Positions 1 to 9,308 of a DNA stretch of 64,000 bases are shown here, one piece after another (position 1 is the first letter of the stretch; the number at the start of each line of letters is the position of its first letter). The stretch covers positions 52,692-116,691 of the forward strand of contig SHZJ01000002.1 in the NCBI GenBank assembly GCA_009692365.1, read 5' to 3'. Below the pieces are notes generated by a model. It did no database searches. It was not told where the DNA came from and saw only the letters and a program-made list of their open reading frames with translations. This DNA comes from Gammaproteobacteria bacterium. GTDB taxonomy: Bacteria > Pseudomonadota > Gammaproteobacteria > Ga0077536. The translations under genes and the position numbers were made by a program.

Positions 1-819
1 GTATTTTAGATCCCGACCCGCTTTTTGCGCCGCACGCTGACCGGCTTCAAAGTGACCCTTGACCACTTCGGGGTGGGTCATGATGGTCACCGGTACGACG
101 CCGCGCTCCATGCCCCAGACGATCGAGCGCTCGGAGGTGGCGAACGGCATGAACATATCCGGCACCTGTTTGTTGAAGGTCGGCGGGGCGATGCCAATTT
201 CCACGATGTCGTTGTTCTCGTTGAGACCCTGGCCGTACTTCGCGGCCACCTCGTGGGCCAGCCACTTGATGGGTTTACCCGGGATCTGCCAGTGTTTGCC
301 TTGGAAGCTGAAGGTGTCGTGGGTCCAGGCCTTGAGCAGAATTTCGAAATGCTCTTCAAACAACGAGCGCTTGAGCTCTTCGTAGTCGGCCCCTTCGCCT
401 GGCTCTTGCAGACCTACCTGCTGACCCAGCACGTTGACCCAGCGCGGCTGATAACCACGCGCAAAGCCGGCAAAAGTCCGGCCCTGCAGCATCTGGGAAA
501 TCATCGCGATGTTTTCGGCCAAGTTGATAGGGTTCTGCGAGGGCAGCACGTTGCCCAGCTGGCCGAACTTCATGTTCTTGGTCTGCATGCCAAAATACAG
601 GTCGAGGATCACCGGGTTGGTCGAGACTTCCTCGCCCTCGATGTGAAAGTGATGCTCGGTAAAGCCAGCGCCGTAGTAGCCCTGGCCGTCCATGTAGATG
701 ACCTGCTCGCCGATTTCTTTGAGCATCCGCTGGTATAAATCGGTCCGCTTGCCGGCCATGCCCTTCAGAATTTCTTCTTTGGTGCCAACGGACGGCAGAT
801 AAAATGCGCCAACTTCCAT
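1..819 (-). CDS. Luciferase-like (LLM family) flavin-dependent monooxygenase, 3' end truncated by the window edge. Start ATG is the complement of 817..819.
   Basis: The minus-strand translation reads MEVGAFYLPSVGTKEEILKG...HHFHIEGEEV...IAPPTFNKQVPDMFMPF, which fits the TIM-barrel LLM family. A strong RBS (GGAGGAGAAGAAG) precedes the ATG. The plus-strand ORF 25..738 in the track is its antisense shadow. Confidence 0.7.
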   Translation of the reverse strand, partial: MEVGAFYLPSVGTKEEILKGMAGKRTDLYQRMLKEIGEQVIYMDGQGYYGAGFTEHHFHIEGEEVSTNPVILDLYFGMQTKNMKFGQLGNVLPSQNPINLAENIAMISQMLQGRTFAGFARGYQPRWVNVLGQQVGLQEPGEGADYEELKRSLFEEHFEILLKAWTHDTFSFQGKHWQIPGKPIKWLAHEVAAKYGQGLNENNDIVEIGIAPPTFNKQVPDMFMPFATSERSIVWGMERGVVPVTIMTHPEVVKGHFEAGQRAAQKAGRDLKY

Positions 820-1070
820 CTTCTTCTCCTCCAAATTTCTACGCGGCGCGTCTGCGGTCGGGCGGCGCGCCAGCCATTTTAAAGTGATCCCAAGCCTAAG
901 CATGCTACGGCGGCGGGGAAATTTCGAGCGTTAGTAAGCCAAAGCACGACCCAGCGCGCACTTAGCGGGTGCGCTTGACGTTGATTGTCGCATTCTGAGA
1001 CAGTTAGGCTCACCGTCGCGGGCTCGCGCCCGCGCCAGATTTAAGCACAGCACACGGCACCCTCGCCCCC

Positions 1071-3017
1071 ATGGATATTCACAGCTTTGGCCGGACTCCC
1101 CGCGAAGCCGACCGGGTTTACCGCAAACAAGTCGAGCGCGCCTGGCTGGCCCTGGTGGAACGCGGCGGCGTCATCGACCCCGGCGTGCGCGATTTTATCC
1201 GCGACTCCTGGACCCGCTGCCTGTCGCTGGGCGTGGAGCCCGTGGCCCAGCGGCCCACGCTGCAAGGCGCGGGCGCGGCTTTAGAGCGGTTGTGCGACAG
1301 CAACCGGGAGCTGCTGCAGGCGTTTCAAAATACTTGGCGGGTGCTGGGTGATATTTTGGCCGGCACCCAAAGTTGTCTGGTGGTCGCGGACGCCACCGGC
1401 ACGCTGCTGGAGGTGTGCGGCAGCCCGGTAGTGGTCGACCGCGGCGCCCGCGATTGCCTAAGCCCCGGCTACCACTGGAGCGAGTTGAGCGGCGGCACCA
1501 ACGCCATCGGCACGGCGATCGCGCTCAACAGCCCGGCGGAAGTGCACAGCGCCGAGCACCTACTCGCGGTGGCGAAAATCTGGAGCTGCTCGGCCGCGCC
1601 GGTGCGCGACCACGTGGATGGCCACTTGGTCGGGGTGGTGGACGTCACCAGTTTTGGCGACAGTCATCAACAACACTGCCTCGCCTTGGCCGTGACTGCA
1701 GCCCATCAGATTGAAGCAACCCTGCGCTCTCGCGAGCTCGCACGCGCCGTGCAGCTACTCCATTGGTATCAATCACAGGCCTCGCGCTGGCCCCATCAGG
1801 CCGCGGTGCTGCTCGACCACCAGGGGCGGGTGCTGAGTGCCAACGCGCTCGCCCGCACGCTTTTCGGGGATGGTCGCGACCACACCCCGCTGGAACGCGG
1901 GCGCCCCTTCATGGTGGTGCGCGGTGAGCCGACGCTGGCCCACTGCACCGCCGCTCTCCCGCGCGGCATGCGGGCCGTCGCGTTGGAAGCCCATGCGGGG
2001 CGCGAGTGCGCGTGGGACGGTGGCGTGTTGGTCGTGGAACCGCTGCGTGGGCGCCGCCGCGCGGCCGCGCAGCCCGTCACGCCCGCGCCAGACCCGTTCC
2101 CGGGGATAGTGGGCAATCACCCCGCGCTGGTGGAAATCAAGCGCCAAGCGGCGTGCGTGGCGCAGGCGCTCGCACCGGTCTTGCTGCTGGGGGAAGCGGG
2201 CGTCGGCAAAACCCTGTGGGCGCACCACATTCATCAGGCATCCCCGGCCGCCAACGGGCCTTGGGTCGTGGTCAACTGCGCGCAGCTGCCGCACGCGCTA
2301 GCCGCCGGCGAACTGTTCGGTGATGAAGCAGGGCCGGGCGGGCGGGCGGGTAAATTTGAGCAAGCTAACGGCGGCACACTATTGCTCGCGCAGATTGACG
2401 AATTGCCTGTGGAAGTTCAGGCGGGGGTGCTCAGGTTGGTGCAAGAAAACGTCGTGGTGCGCGTGGGTGGCCAGCGGGAGCGCCCTCTCCGGGTCCGCCT
2501 AATCGCCACCAGCCGTCACGACTTAGACCACGCCGTGGCGGCGGGGCGCTGCCGGCAGGATTTGCTAGAGCGCCTCCGAGTGCTCAGCCTGCGACTCCCC
2601 GCCCTGCGCGACCACCCGGAGGATTTACCCGCGCTGGTCCGCCATCTGCTGACGCAAATCGAGGTGACCTACGGCTTGGGCACACGCCACGCCGGTCCAG
2701 AGCTCCTCACCGTCTTGGCCGGCGCGCCGTGGCCGGGCAATGCGCGCGAGTTGCGCCGATTACTCGAGCGCCTGTATGTGCTGAGCGAGCACGCCCTGCT
2801 GACGCTGCAGCATCTGCCGGCAGACTTCCCCCGCCAACCGCCGCCCGCGGGCGCCCAACGCCCGGCCCGTGCGCCCCAGCTCATCAGCACTTTGGAGCGC
2901 AAAGCCATCGAGGCTGCGCTCGCGAGTCACGGTCGCAACCTCTCGGACGTCGCCCGCCGGCTGGGGATCTCGCGCAGCACGCTGTACCGGAAAATGCAGC
3001 GCTACGACGCGGGCTAG
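1071..3017 (+). CDS. AcoR-type transcriptional regulator of the bacterial enhancer-binding protein family: N-terminal GAF-like sensory domain, central AAA+ domain, C-terminal Fis-type helix-turn-helix.
   Basis: N-terminal VIDPGVRDFIRDSWTRCLSLGVEP is the typical AcoR-family motif. Walker A GEAGVGKT is present. The C-terminal LSDVARRLGISRSTLYRKMQRY is a Fis-type HTH. The expected GAFTGA loop reads GDEAGPGGRAG and the Walker B position reads LLLAQIDEL. Confidence 0.8.
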   Translation: MDIHSFGRTPREADRVYRKQVERAWLALVERGGVIDPGVRDFIRDSWTRCLSLGVEPVAQRPTLQGAGAALERLCDSNRELLQAFQNTWRVLGDILAGTQSCLVVADATGTLLEVCGSPVVVDRGARDCLSPGYHWSELSGGTNAIGTAIALNSPAEVHSAEHLLAVAKIWSCSAAPVRDHVDGHLVGVVDVTSFGDSHQQHCLALAVTAAHQIEATLRSRELARAVQLLHWYQSQASRWPHQAAVLLDHQGRVLSANALARTLFGDGRDHTPLERGRPFMVVRGEPTLAHCTAALPRGMRAVALEAHAGRECAWDGGVLVVEPLRGRRRAAAQPVTPAPDPFPGIVGNHPALVEIKRQAACVAQALAPVLLLGEAGVGKTLWAHHIHQASPAANGPWVVVNCAQLPHALAAGELFGDEAGPGGRAGKFEQANGGTLLLAQIDELPVEVQAGVLRLVQENVVVRVGGQRERPLRVRLIATSRHDLDHAVAAGRCRQDLLERLRVLSLRLPALRDHPEDLPALVRHLLTQIEVTYGLGTRHAGPELLTVLAGAPWPGNARELRRLLERLYVLSEHALLTLQHLPADFPRQPPPAGAQRPARAPQLISTLERKAIEAALASHGRNLSDVARRLGISRSTLYRKMQRYDAG

Positions 3018-3072
3018 CGCGGCGCCGCTGCGTAGGCGCGATGCGCGCGCCGCTGACGACCCAGCCAAAGCC

Positions 3073-4491
3073 TCACCAGCCCCCGCCCAGCGCGCGAATC
3101 AGCGCCACGCTCGCCAGCACTCGCGCGCCGCTAATTTGCTGGGTCTGACGTTCCACCAGCAGCGTGAGTCGCTGGGCTTGGAGAACTTCCAGGTAACTCG
3201 TGGCACCGGCATCGAAGCGCTGCTGCGCAAGCTGCTGGGCGCGCGTGGCCGCGGCTAGCGTATTGGCCACCGTATCGTGCTGCTCCGCCAGCGTGCGCAA
3301 CGCGACCAGCGCGTCTTCCACTTCGCGCACGGCGTTCAATATTTGCTGACGATAGAGCGCCGTTTCTTCTCTTAGCGCGGCTTGCGCGCGCTCCAGATTG
3401 GCGGCGTTGCGGCCGCCGTCAAAGATTGGCTGTACCAGCAGCAAGCCGGCGAGCGGCCCCAAGGCCCAAGTGCGGGCCGACCAGGCAAACAGTTTGCCGA
3501 TGTCGTCCGCCACAAAAGAGGCATCTGCGGTGAGGTCGAGCAGCGGATAAAAAGCCGCTTTGGCGACCCCGATGCGCGCGTTGGCGGCTTCCATCCGCCG
3601 TTCAGCCGCGGCGATATCCGGGCGTCGCTCCAGCAAAGTGGAGGGCAGGCCCGGCGGCACTCGGGGTGGGGTGGCGGCGAGCGGGGCGGGCGTCAGCGCG
3701 AACGCGGCGGGGGCGCGCGCCAGTAAAATTGCCAGCGCGTGTTCGTCCTGTGCCCGCGTGCGCTCCACCCCGATGAGCTCGGTGCGCAGGGCTTGGAGTT
3801 CGGCTACGGCGCGCACCAGGTCGACATCGCTCACTTCCCCGGCGAGCGCCCGGCGGGCGTCCAGTGCGAGGGTGTCGCGGCGCAGGTGCAGGGCGGTGTT
3901 CAGTACCGCGAGTTCGGCATCGGCAAGACGAATGAGAAAATAGGTGCGCGCGACTTCCGCTTGGAGGGCGAGCAGAAAAGATTGGTACAGGGCTTGCTGC
4001 CCACTGAAATCAGCGTCCGCCGCGCGCACGCTGTCGCGCACCCGCCCAAAGAGGTCCACCTCATAGCTCAGCGCCGCGCCGAAAGTGTAGCGGTCGTAAG
4101 GCGCCAAGTCGGGGTCGCCGCGCAAACCCGGGCCCACGTTGGCGGACTTACCGGCGGCGGCCCCGGCGCCAAAATCGACGCGTGGCAGCTGCGCGGCCGC
4201 CGCCGTTTTCACCAGCGTCCGGCTTTGCTCGACGCGGGCGGCGGCGGCGGCCAGGTCGAAGTTCGCGCTAGTGGCATCGCGCAGCAGCGCGCTGAGCACC
4301 GGATCGGCGAAAACCTCCCACCACGCCCCACGCGACAATGCGTCGGCGGGATCGGCGGGCGTCCACTGACCCTCAATGGCGGGGCTGGCTTCTTTCCAGT
4401 TCTCGGGCACGCCGCTCGCCGGGCGTTCCAACGGTGGCGCGAGCGAGCAGGCGCCTAGCGCGAGCACCACCCCACACCAAGCCAGTTTCAT
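3073..4491 (-). CDS. RND efflux outer-membrane factor lipoprotein, NodT/OprM family.
   Basis: Lipoprotein signal MKLAWCGVVLALGACS. The length and the repeated coiled-coil/beta-barrel halves are typical of the outer membrane factor family. Its 4-bp overlap with the upstream RND pump gene (4488..4491) implies co-transcription. Confidence 0.85.
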   Translation of the reverse strand: MKLAWCGVVLALGACSLAPPLERPASGVPENWKEASPAIEGQWTPADPADALSRGAWWEVFADPVLSALLRDATSANFDLAAAAARVEQSRTLVKTAAAAQLPRVDFGAGAAAGKSANVGPGLRGDPDLAPYDRYTFGAALSYEVDLFGRVRDSVRAADADFSGQQALYQSFLLALQAEVARTYFLIRLADAELAVLNTALHLRRDTLALDARRALAGEVSDVDLVRAVAELQALRTELIGVERTRAQDEHALAILLARAPAAFALTPAPLAATPPRVPPGLPSTLLERRPDIAAAERRMEAANARIGVAKAAFYPLLDLTADASFVADDIGKLFAWSARTWALGPLAGLLLVQPIFDGGRNAANLERAQAALREETALYRQQILNAVREVEDALVALRTLAEQHDTVANTLAAATRAQQLAQQRFDAGATSYLEVLQAQRLTLLVERQTQQISGARVLASVALIRALGGGW

Positions 4492-7400
4492 ACACCCGGC
4501 TCCGCCGAGGCCGTGACGCTCGGCGCGCTGGGGCGCCGCGCCAGCAGCACGTAGAACACCGGGGTCAGGAGCAGGCCAAACAGCGTCACCCCCAACATGC
4601 CGGAAAACACTGCAACCCCCATCGCACGGCGCATCTCGGCGCCAGCTCCCGTTGAGAGCACCAGCGGCAAGACGCCCATGATGAAAGAAATAGACGTCAT
4701 CAGGATGGGGCGAAAACGCAGCCGACAGGCCTCGAGCGCGGCCTTTACCGGACCGATGTCGGGCTCGTGAATTTCCCGATCGCGGGCAAATTCTACGATT
4801 AGGATGGCGTTTTTACAGGCCAGCCCCATCAAGACGAACATCGCGATTTGGGTAAAAATATTGCGGTCGCCGCCGGTATAAAGCACCCCGCCGATGGCGA
4901 ACAGCAGGCACAGCGGCACGATTAAAATAATCGCCAGCGGCAAGCGAAAACTCTCGTACAGCGCGGCCAGCACCAACAGCACGAGCAGCACACACAGGGG
5001 ATACACCAGCAGCGCGGTGTCGCCGGTGAGCAATTCTTGGTAGGTCAGCTCGGTCCATTCGTAGGCAATGCCACGCGGCAGAGTCTCGTTGAGGATGTTC
5101 TCCAAGATGGCCCGCGCCTGGCCCGAGCTGACCCCAGGCGCCGGTGCGCCGTTGATGTCGGCCGAGGGAAACGCGTTGTAGCGAATGGCGCGGTCCGGCC
5201 CAAAGGCGTGCAGCACATCGAGTAACGCCCCCAACGGCACCATTTCGCCGCTTTCATTGCGGGTTTTGAGCCGTGCGATATCCTCGAGGCTCGCGCGCTG
5301 GGGGGCGTCGGCCTGCACCACGACCCGGTAAGTTTTGCCGAAACGATTGAAGTCGTTGACGTACAACGACCCCAAATACACCTGCAGCGTGGCGAACAGG
5401 TCGTTGAGGTTGACCCCCATCTGTTTGGCTTTTTCGCGATCGATTGCGGCATTGAGCTGCGGCACATTGATTTGGTAGCTCGAGAACATGCCCACCAACT
5501 GCGGGGTTTGCCAAGCCCGCATGAGCACCGCCTGCAGCGCGTTGTACAGCACCTCGTCGCCCAAGCCGGCCTGGTCCTCCAGCTGCAGCTTAAAGCCGCC
5601 AATGGAGCCCAGCCCATCCACCGGCGGGGGCGTGAAAAACGCGATGAAAGCCCCCTGCACGGCCCCAAACTCTTGGTTGAGCTTGCCCGCAATCGCCCTG
5701 GCCGAGAGCTCGGGCGCACGCCTGGCTTCAAACTCATCGAGATTGAGAAAAAGCAGGGCGGCGTTGGAGGCGTTCACAAAGCCGTTGATCGACAGCCCGG
5801 GGAAACCGACCACGTTCGCCACCCCCGGCGTCTTCAGAGCCAGCGCGGTCATCTGGCGCACGATTTTGTCTGTGCGGTCGAGCGACGCACCGTCAGGCAG
5901 CTGCGCAAAGCCGATGAGGTACTGCTTGTCGGGGCTGGGGATAAAGCCACCGGGCACCAACAAAAAGGCTTGCCAGGTCACCCAGAGCAAGCCGATGTAG
6001 ACGACCACCAGCAGCGCCTTGATCCGCATGAAGCGCGCGATAACCCAAGCGTAGCTGCGGGCACCGAGGTGAAAAAGATAGTCAAAAACGCGAAAAAACC
6101 AGCCGAACAGCTGGTCCATCAATTTGGTGAGCCCGTCTTTTGGCTCATCGTGACCGCGCAACAAGAGCGCCGCCAGCGCGGGCGACAGCGTGAGTGAATT
6201 GATGGCGGAGATCACCGCGGAGATCGCAATGGTCAGTGAGAACTGGCGGTAGAACTGGCCGGTCAAACCGCTGATGAACGCGATCGGCACAAACACCGCG
6301 CACAGCGTGAGCGCGATGGCGATGATGGGCCCGCTGACTTCCTGCATCGCCCGATAGCTGGCCGCCTTGGGCGCCAGACCCAGAGCGATGTTGCGCTCGA
6401 CGTTTTCCACCACGACGATGGCGTCGTCGACCACGATGCCGATCGACAGCACCAGACCAAACAGCGTGAGCGTGTTGATGGAAAAGCCGGCCACCAGCAT
6501 CACGCCAAACGTGCCGATGACGGAGACGGGCACAGCGGCGAGCGGAATGATCGACGCACGCCAAGTCTTCAAGAAAACGATGACCACCAGCGCGACCAGC
6601 AGCACGGCTTCGACCAGGGTGGTAATGACCGCCTTGATGGACTTCTGCACAAAACGCGTGGGGTCGTAAACAATCTTGTATTCGACTGCCTGCGGAAAGT
6701 CTTTTTTGGCTTCCTCCATCGCCGCACGCACCGCGTTGGAAAGCGCGATGGCGTTCGACAACGGCGCCTGAAAGGCCACTAGAGCAACCGCTGGGCTATC
6801 GTCTAACTGACTGCGCAGCGAGTAGTCGCTGGCGGCGAGTTCGATGCGCGCCACATCCCGCAGGCGCAGTACCCCGCCACGGGCAGAGGTTTTGAGAATA
6901 ATCCCACCGAACTCCGCCTCGGTCGTGAGCCGGCCCTGGGTGTTAACGGGCAGCTGAAACTGGATCGCGGTGGGTGCCGGCGAGCCGCCAATCAGACCCG
7001 CGGCCACCTGCTGATTTTGTTCCCGGATGGCGGTGACCACATCGGTCGCGGTGAGTTCGCGGGCGGCAAGTTTTTGCGGGTCGAGCCAAATTCGCATCGC
7101 GTAGTCGCCGGCACCAAAGACCATCACCTCACCCATGCCCTCGATGCGCCGCAGCTTGTCGCGGAGATTCAGCACCGCATAGTTGCGCAGGTACAGTTCA
7201 TCGTAATGGCCGTCGGTGGACAGTAAATGCACCACCATCGTAAGGTTGGGCGACTGCTTTTGGGTGACCACACCAATCTGGCGGACCTCCGGGGGCAGGC
7301 GCGGCAGCGCGCGCTGCACCCGGTTTTGCACCTGGGTCTCGGCGAGGTCGGGATTGGTGCCTATTTTGAAGGTCACCGTGAGATTCAACATCCCATCGGT

Positions 7401-7655
7401 GGTGGCCTGCGAGGACATGTAGAGCATGTCTTCAACGCCGTTGATTTGTTCTTCCAGCGGCGCTGCGACCGTCTCCGCAATAACCTTCGGATTGGCCCCC
7501 GGATAGTTGGCCGTGACGACGATCGATGGTGGCACGACGTCGGGATATTCCGATACCGGCAGCAGCGGGATGGCAATCAGCCCGCCGACGAAAATCGCGA
7601 TCGACAGCACCGCCGCGAAAACGGGCCGGTCAATAAAAGTCCGTGACAGGCTCAT
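4488..7655 (-). CDS. RND multidrug efflux pump, inner-membrane permease of the HAE1/AcrB/MexB family.
   Basis: 1055 aa with 12 transmembrane segments and two large periplasmic loops. AcrB-type motifs such as MSLSRTFIDRPVFA...ANYPGA are present. Confidence 0.9.
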   Translation of the reverse strand: MSLSRTFIDRPVFAAVLSIAIFVGGLIAIPLLPVSEYPDVVPPSIVVTANYPGANPKVIAETVAAPLEEQINGVEDMLYMSSQATTDGMLNLTVTFKIGTNPDLAETQVQNRVQRALPRLPPEVRQIGVVTQKQSPNLTMVVHLLSTDGHYDELYLRNYAVLNLRDKLRRIEGMGEVMVFGAGDYAMRIWLDPQKLAARELTATDVVTAIREQNQQVAAGLIGGSPAPTAIQFQLPVNTQGRLTTEAEFGGIILKTSARGGVLRLRDVARIELAASDYSLRSQLDDSPAVALVAFQAPLSNAIALSNAVRAAMEEAKKDFPQAVEYKIVYDPTRFVQKSIKAVITTLVEAVLLVALVVIVFLKTWRASIIPLAAVPVSVIGTFGVMLVAGFSINTLTLFGLVLSIGIVVDDAIVVVENVERNIALGLAPKAASYRAMQEVSGPIIAIALTLCAVFVPIAFISGLTGQFYRQFSLTIAISAVISAINSLTLSPALAALLLRGHDEPKDGLTKLMDQLFGWFFRVFDYLFHLGARSYAWVIARFMRIKALLVVVYIGLLWVTWQAFLLVPGGFIPSPDKQYLIGFAQLPDGASLDRTDKIVRQMTALALKTPGVANVVGFPGLSINGFVNASNAALLFLNLDEFEARRAPELSARAIAGKLNQEFGAVQGAFIAFFTPPPVDGLGSIGGFKLQLEDQAGLGDEVLYNALQAVLMRAWQTPQLVGMFSSYQINVPQLNAAIDREKAKQMGVNLNDLFATLQVYLGSLYVNDFNRFGKTYRVVVQADAPQRASLEDIARLKTRNESGEMVPLGALLDVLHAFGPDRAIRYNAFPSADINGAPAPGVSSGQARAILENILNETLPRGIAYEWTELTYQELLTGDTALLVYPLCVLLVLLVLAALYESFRLPLAIILIVPLCLLFAIGGVLYTGGDRNIFTQIAMFVLMGLACKNAILIVEFARDREIHEPDIGPVKAALEACRLRFRPILMTSISFIMGVLPLVLSTGAGAEMRRAMGVAVFSGMLGVTLFGLLLTPVFYVLLARRPSAPSVTASAEPGV

Positions 7656-7685
7656 GCTAGCGGGGAAGACACAAAAATGGACAAG

Positions 7686-9308
7686 TCAACGTGCCAATGC
7701 CGCCAGCGACCGCACCGAACGAGGCCAAGGCTGGGTGCTGCCGCGCAGTGCCGCCGGCAAAGCGGTGGCGGCGGTCTGCGCGCTGGCCAGAGTCGGATAG
7801 TGTCCGTAGAGCAGGACGTACCAAATTTGGCCGTCGCGCCGGGTCGCCAGCACGGCAGCCTGGCCGGCGAGCCCGTGACGGGCGAGGAATTTTTCAGCCG
7901 CCGGCCGCGTCGTCACGCCTAAAATCTGGAGCGCCCAGCTAGTGGGCGCCTGCTGGAGCAACCACGCGCTGGAATAGCCCACGACCGGGGACGCCGCCGG
8001 GGCCGCGGGGCTGGCGGCAACCGGGGCGGGGGTGAGCGCCGGGGCCGCGGGGCTGGCGGCAACCGGGGCGGGGGTGAGCGCCGGGGCCGCAGGGCTGACG
8101 GCAACCGGGGCGGGGGTGAGCGCCGGGGCCGCAGGGCTGGCGGCGAGGTCTGGCACCATGCTGACCAGTTCGGGCTTCACGACGGAGCCGGGCCGCACGC
8201 GCTGCAAACCGTTCACGACGATCTTCTCGCCGACGGCCAGCCCGCTCTCGATCACCCGCAGACCCTCGAAGGCGCGGCCAATCTGCACTGCCCGGTACTG
8301 AGCTTTATTAGCCGCATCGACAACCAAGACGTAGCGTTTGGTCTGGTCCGTGCCAATCGCGCCATCAAGGACCATCACCGCGCGCCGCGCGGCGCTGCTG
8401 CTGGCCAGCAGCACCCGGGCGAACAAGCCGGGCGTAAAGCGCCGCTCGGGGTTGGGTAGCTCCGCGCGCAGGCGCACCGTGCCGCTGCCAACGTCGATCT
8501 GGTTGTCGATAAACACCACTTTCGCCACGTGTGGCGCGCCCGTTTCGTTGGCGAGTCCCACGTGGACGTTCAAGCTGGCCGCGCGCCCATTGCGAATATA
8601 TTTAAGGTAGGTGCGCTCGTCGGCCTCAAAACTGACATAAATAGGGTCCAACGCCAGCAGGGTTGAGAGTACCGGGGAGTCCGGCGCATCCCCGCGAACC
8701 AGATTGCCGATGGTCACTTCGTCCTTACCCATACGCCCGGCCACGGGTGCCACGATGCGGGTGTAGGACAAATCGACCCGCGCGAGGGTGACGCGGGCGG
8801 CAGCGACTCGGCTGGCGGCGTCGAGCGTGGCAACCGCGGCGGCGGCGGCGTCGAACTCGCGCCGAGAAGTGGCCCGGTCGGGGAGCATTTTTTGTTGCCT
8901 GGCGAGTTCGATCCGCGCCAGCGCCAACTGCGCGGCAGTCTCGCCGACCGCCGCCTCGGCTTCCGCCAGACGGGCCGCAAAGGGCGCGGGGTCGATCAGA
9001 AACAACGGGTCGCCGGCGGCGACGTCAGCACCCGGGGTAAAATAAATAGCCTTCAGATACCCACCCACCCGAACCCGTAAATCCACCCGCTGCGTGGCTT
9101 CGAAACGACCGGCAAATTCATCCGTTTCGATGATGTCGCGCTCAATCGCGGCCGCCGCGGTGATCGGCGGTGGGCCGGCGGGTGCTGCCCCAGGACCACC
9201 CGCCGACGGGGGTGCCTTGCCGCACGCGGCGAGGATTACGGCCAGCAGCAAGACCACCCAACGGGCGCGTGCTGGCCGGCGCTCCTGCGTCACACGGGTC
9301 ATCATCAT
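7686..9308 (-). CDS. RND efflux membrane fusion protein (periplasmic adaptor) with a C-terminal proline/alanine-rich tandem-repeat linker and a SPOR-like peptidoglycan-binding domain.
   Basis: The adaptor core runs from the lipoyl/beta-barrel region to VVNGLQRVRPGSVVKPELV. It is followed by (SPAAPALTPAPVAA)x3.5. The last ~75 residues (WALQILGV...GQIWYVLLYGHYPTLASAQTAATAL) fit the SPOR fold pattern. Confidence 0.8.
   Translation of the reverse strand: MMMTRVTQERRPARARWVVLLLAVILAACGKAPPSAGGPGAAPAGPPPITAAAAIERDIIETDEFAGRFEATQRVDLRVRVGGYLKAIYFTPGADVAAGDPLFLIDPAPFAARLAEAEAAVGETAAQLALARIELARQQKMLPDRATSRREFDAAAAAVATLDAASRVAAARVTLARVDLSYTRIVAPVAGRMGKDEVTIGNLVRGDAPDSPVLSTLLALDPIYVSFEADERTYLKYIRNGRAASLNVHVGLANETGAPHVAKVVFIDNQIDVGSGTVRLRAELPNPERRFTPGLFARVLLASSSAARRAVMVLDGAIGTDQTKRYVLVVDAANKAQYRAVQIGRAFEGLRVIESGLAVGEKIVVNGLQRVRPGSVVKPELVSMVPDLAASPAAPALTPAPVAVSPAAPALTPAPVAASPAAPALTPAPVAASPAAPAASPVVGYSSAWLLQQAPTSWALQILGVTTRPAAEKFLARHGLAGQAAVLATRRDGQIWYVLLYGHYPTLASAQTAATALPAALRGSTQPWPRSVRSLAALAR
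7996..8145. repeat. Tandem 42-bp repeat of about 3.6 copies, encoding the Pro/Ala-rich linker of the adaptor protein.
   Basis: Units at 7996..8037, 8038..8079 and 8080..8121, plus a partial fourth. Unit sequence is gccggggccgcggggctggcggcaaccggggcgggggtgagc, with single-base variants. Confidence 0.9.

Noticed and set aside
25-738. 237-aa plus-strand ORF at the window start.
   Set aside because: It is an antisense shadow of the minus-strand luciferase-like monooxygenase. The translation is His/Val/Asp-rich with no domain signature, whereas the opposite strand gives a clean LLM protein with an RBS.
820-1070. Sigma-54 (-24/-12) promoter upstream of the luciferase-like monooxygenase.
   Set aside because: The only GG-N10-GC candidate (TGGCTGGCGCGCCGCCCGACCGC, minus strand) lacks the TTGC(A/T) -12 element, which is too weak to call. 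It is kept as a check item under the regulator finding.
3036-3052. GGCGCG-atg-CGCGCGCC hairpin between the convergent regulator and OMF genes.
   Set aside because: It is short with no flanking T-tract. It may contribute to termination but is not convincing as an intrinsic terminator.
7996-8145. Possible CRISPR array (short direct repeats), also considered for 32104..32325.
   Set aside because: The repeats are contiguous tandem units with no unique spacers. They lie inside coding sequence. No cas genes are nearby.
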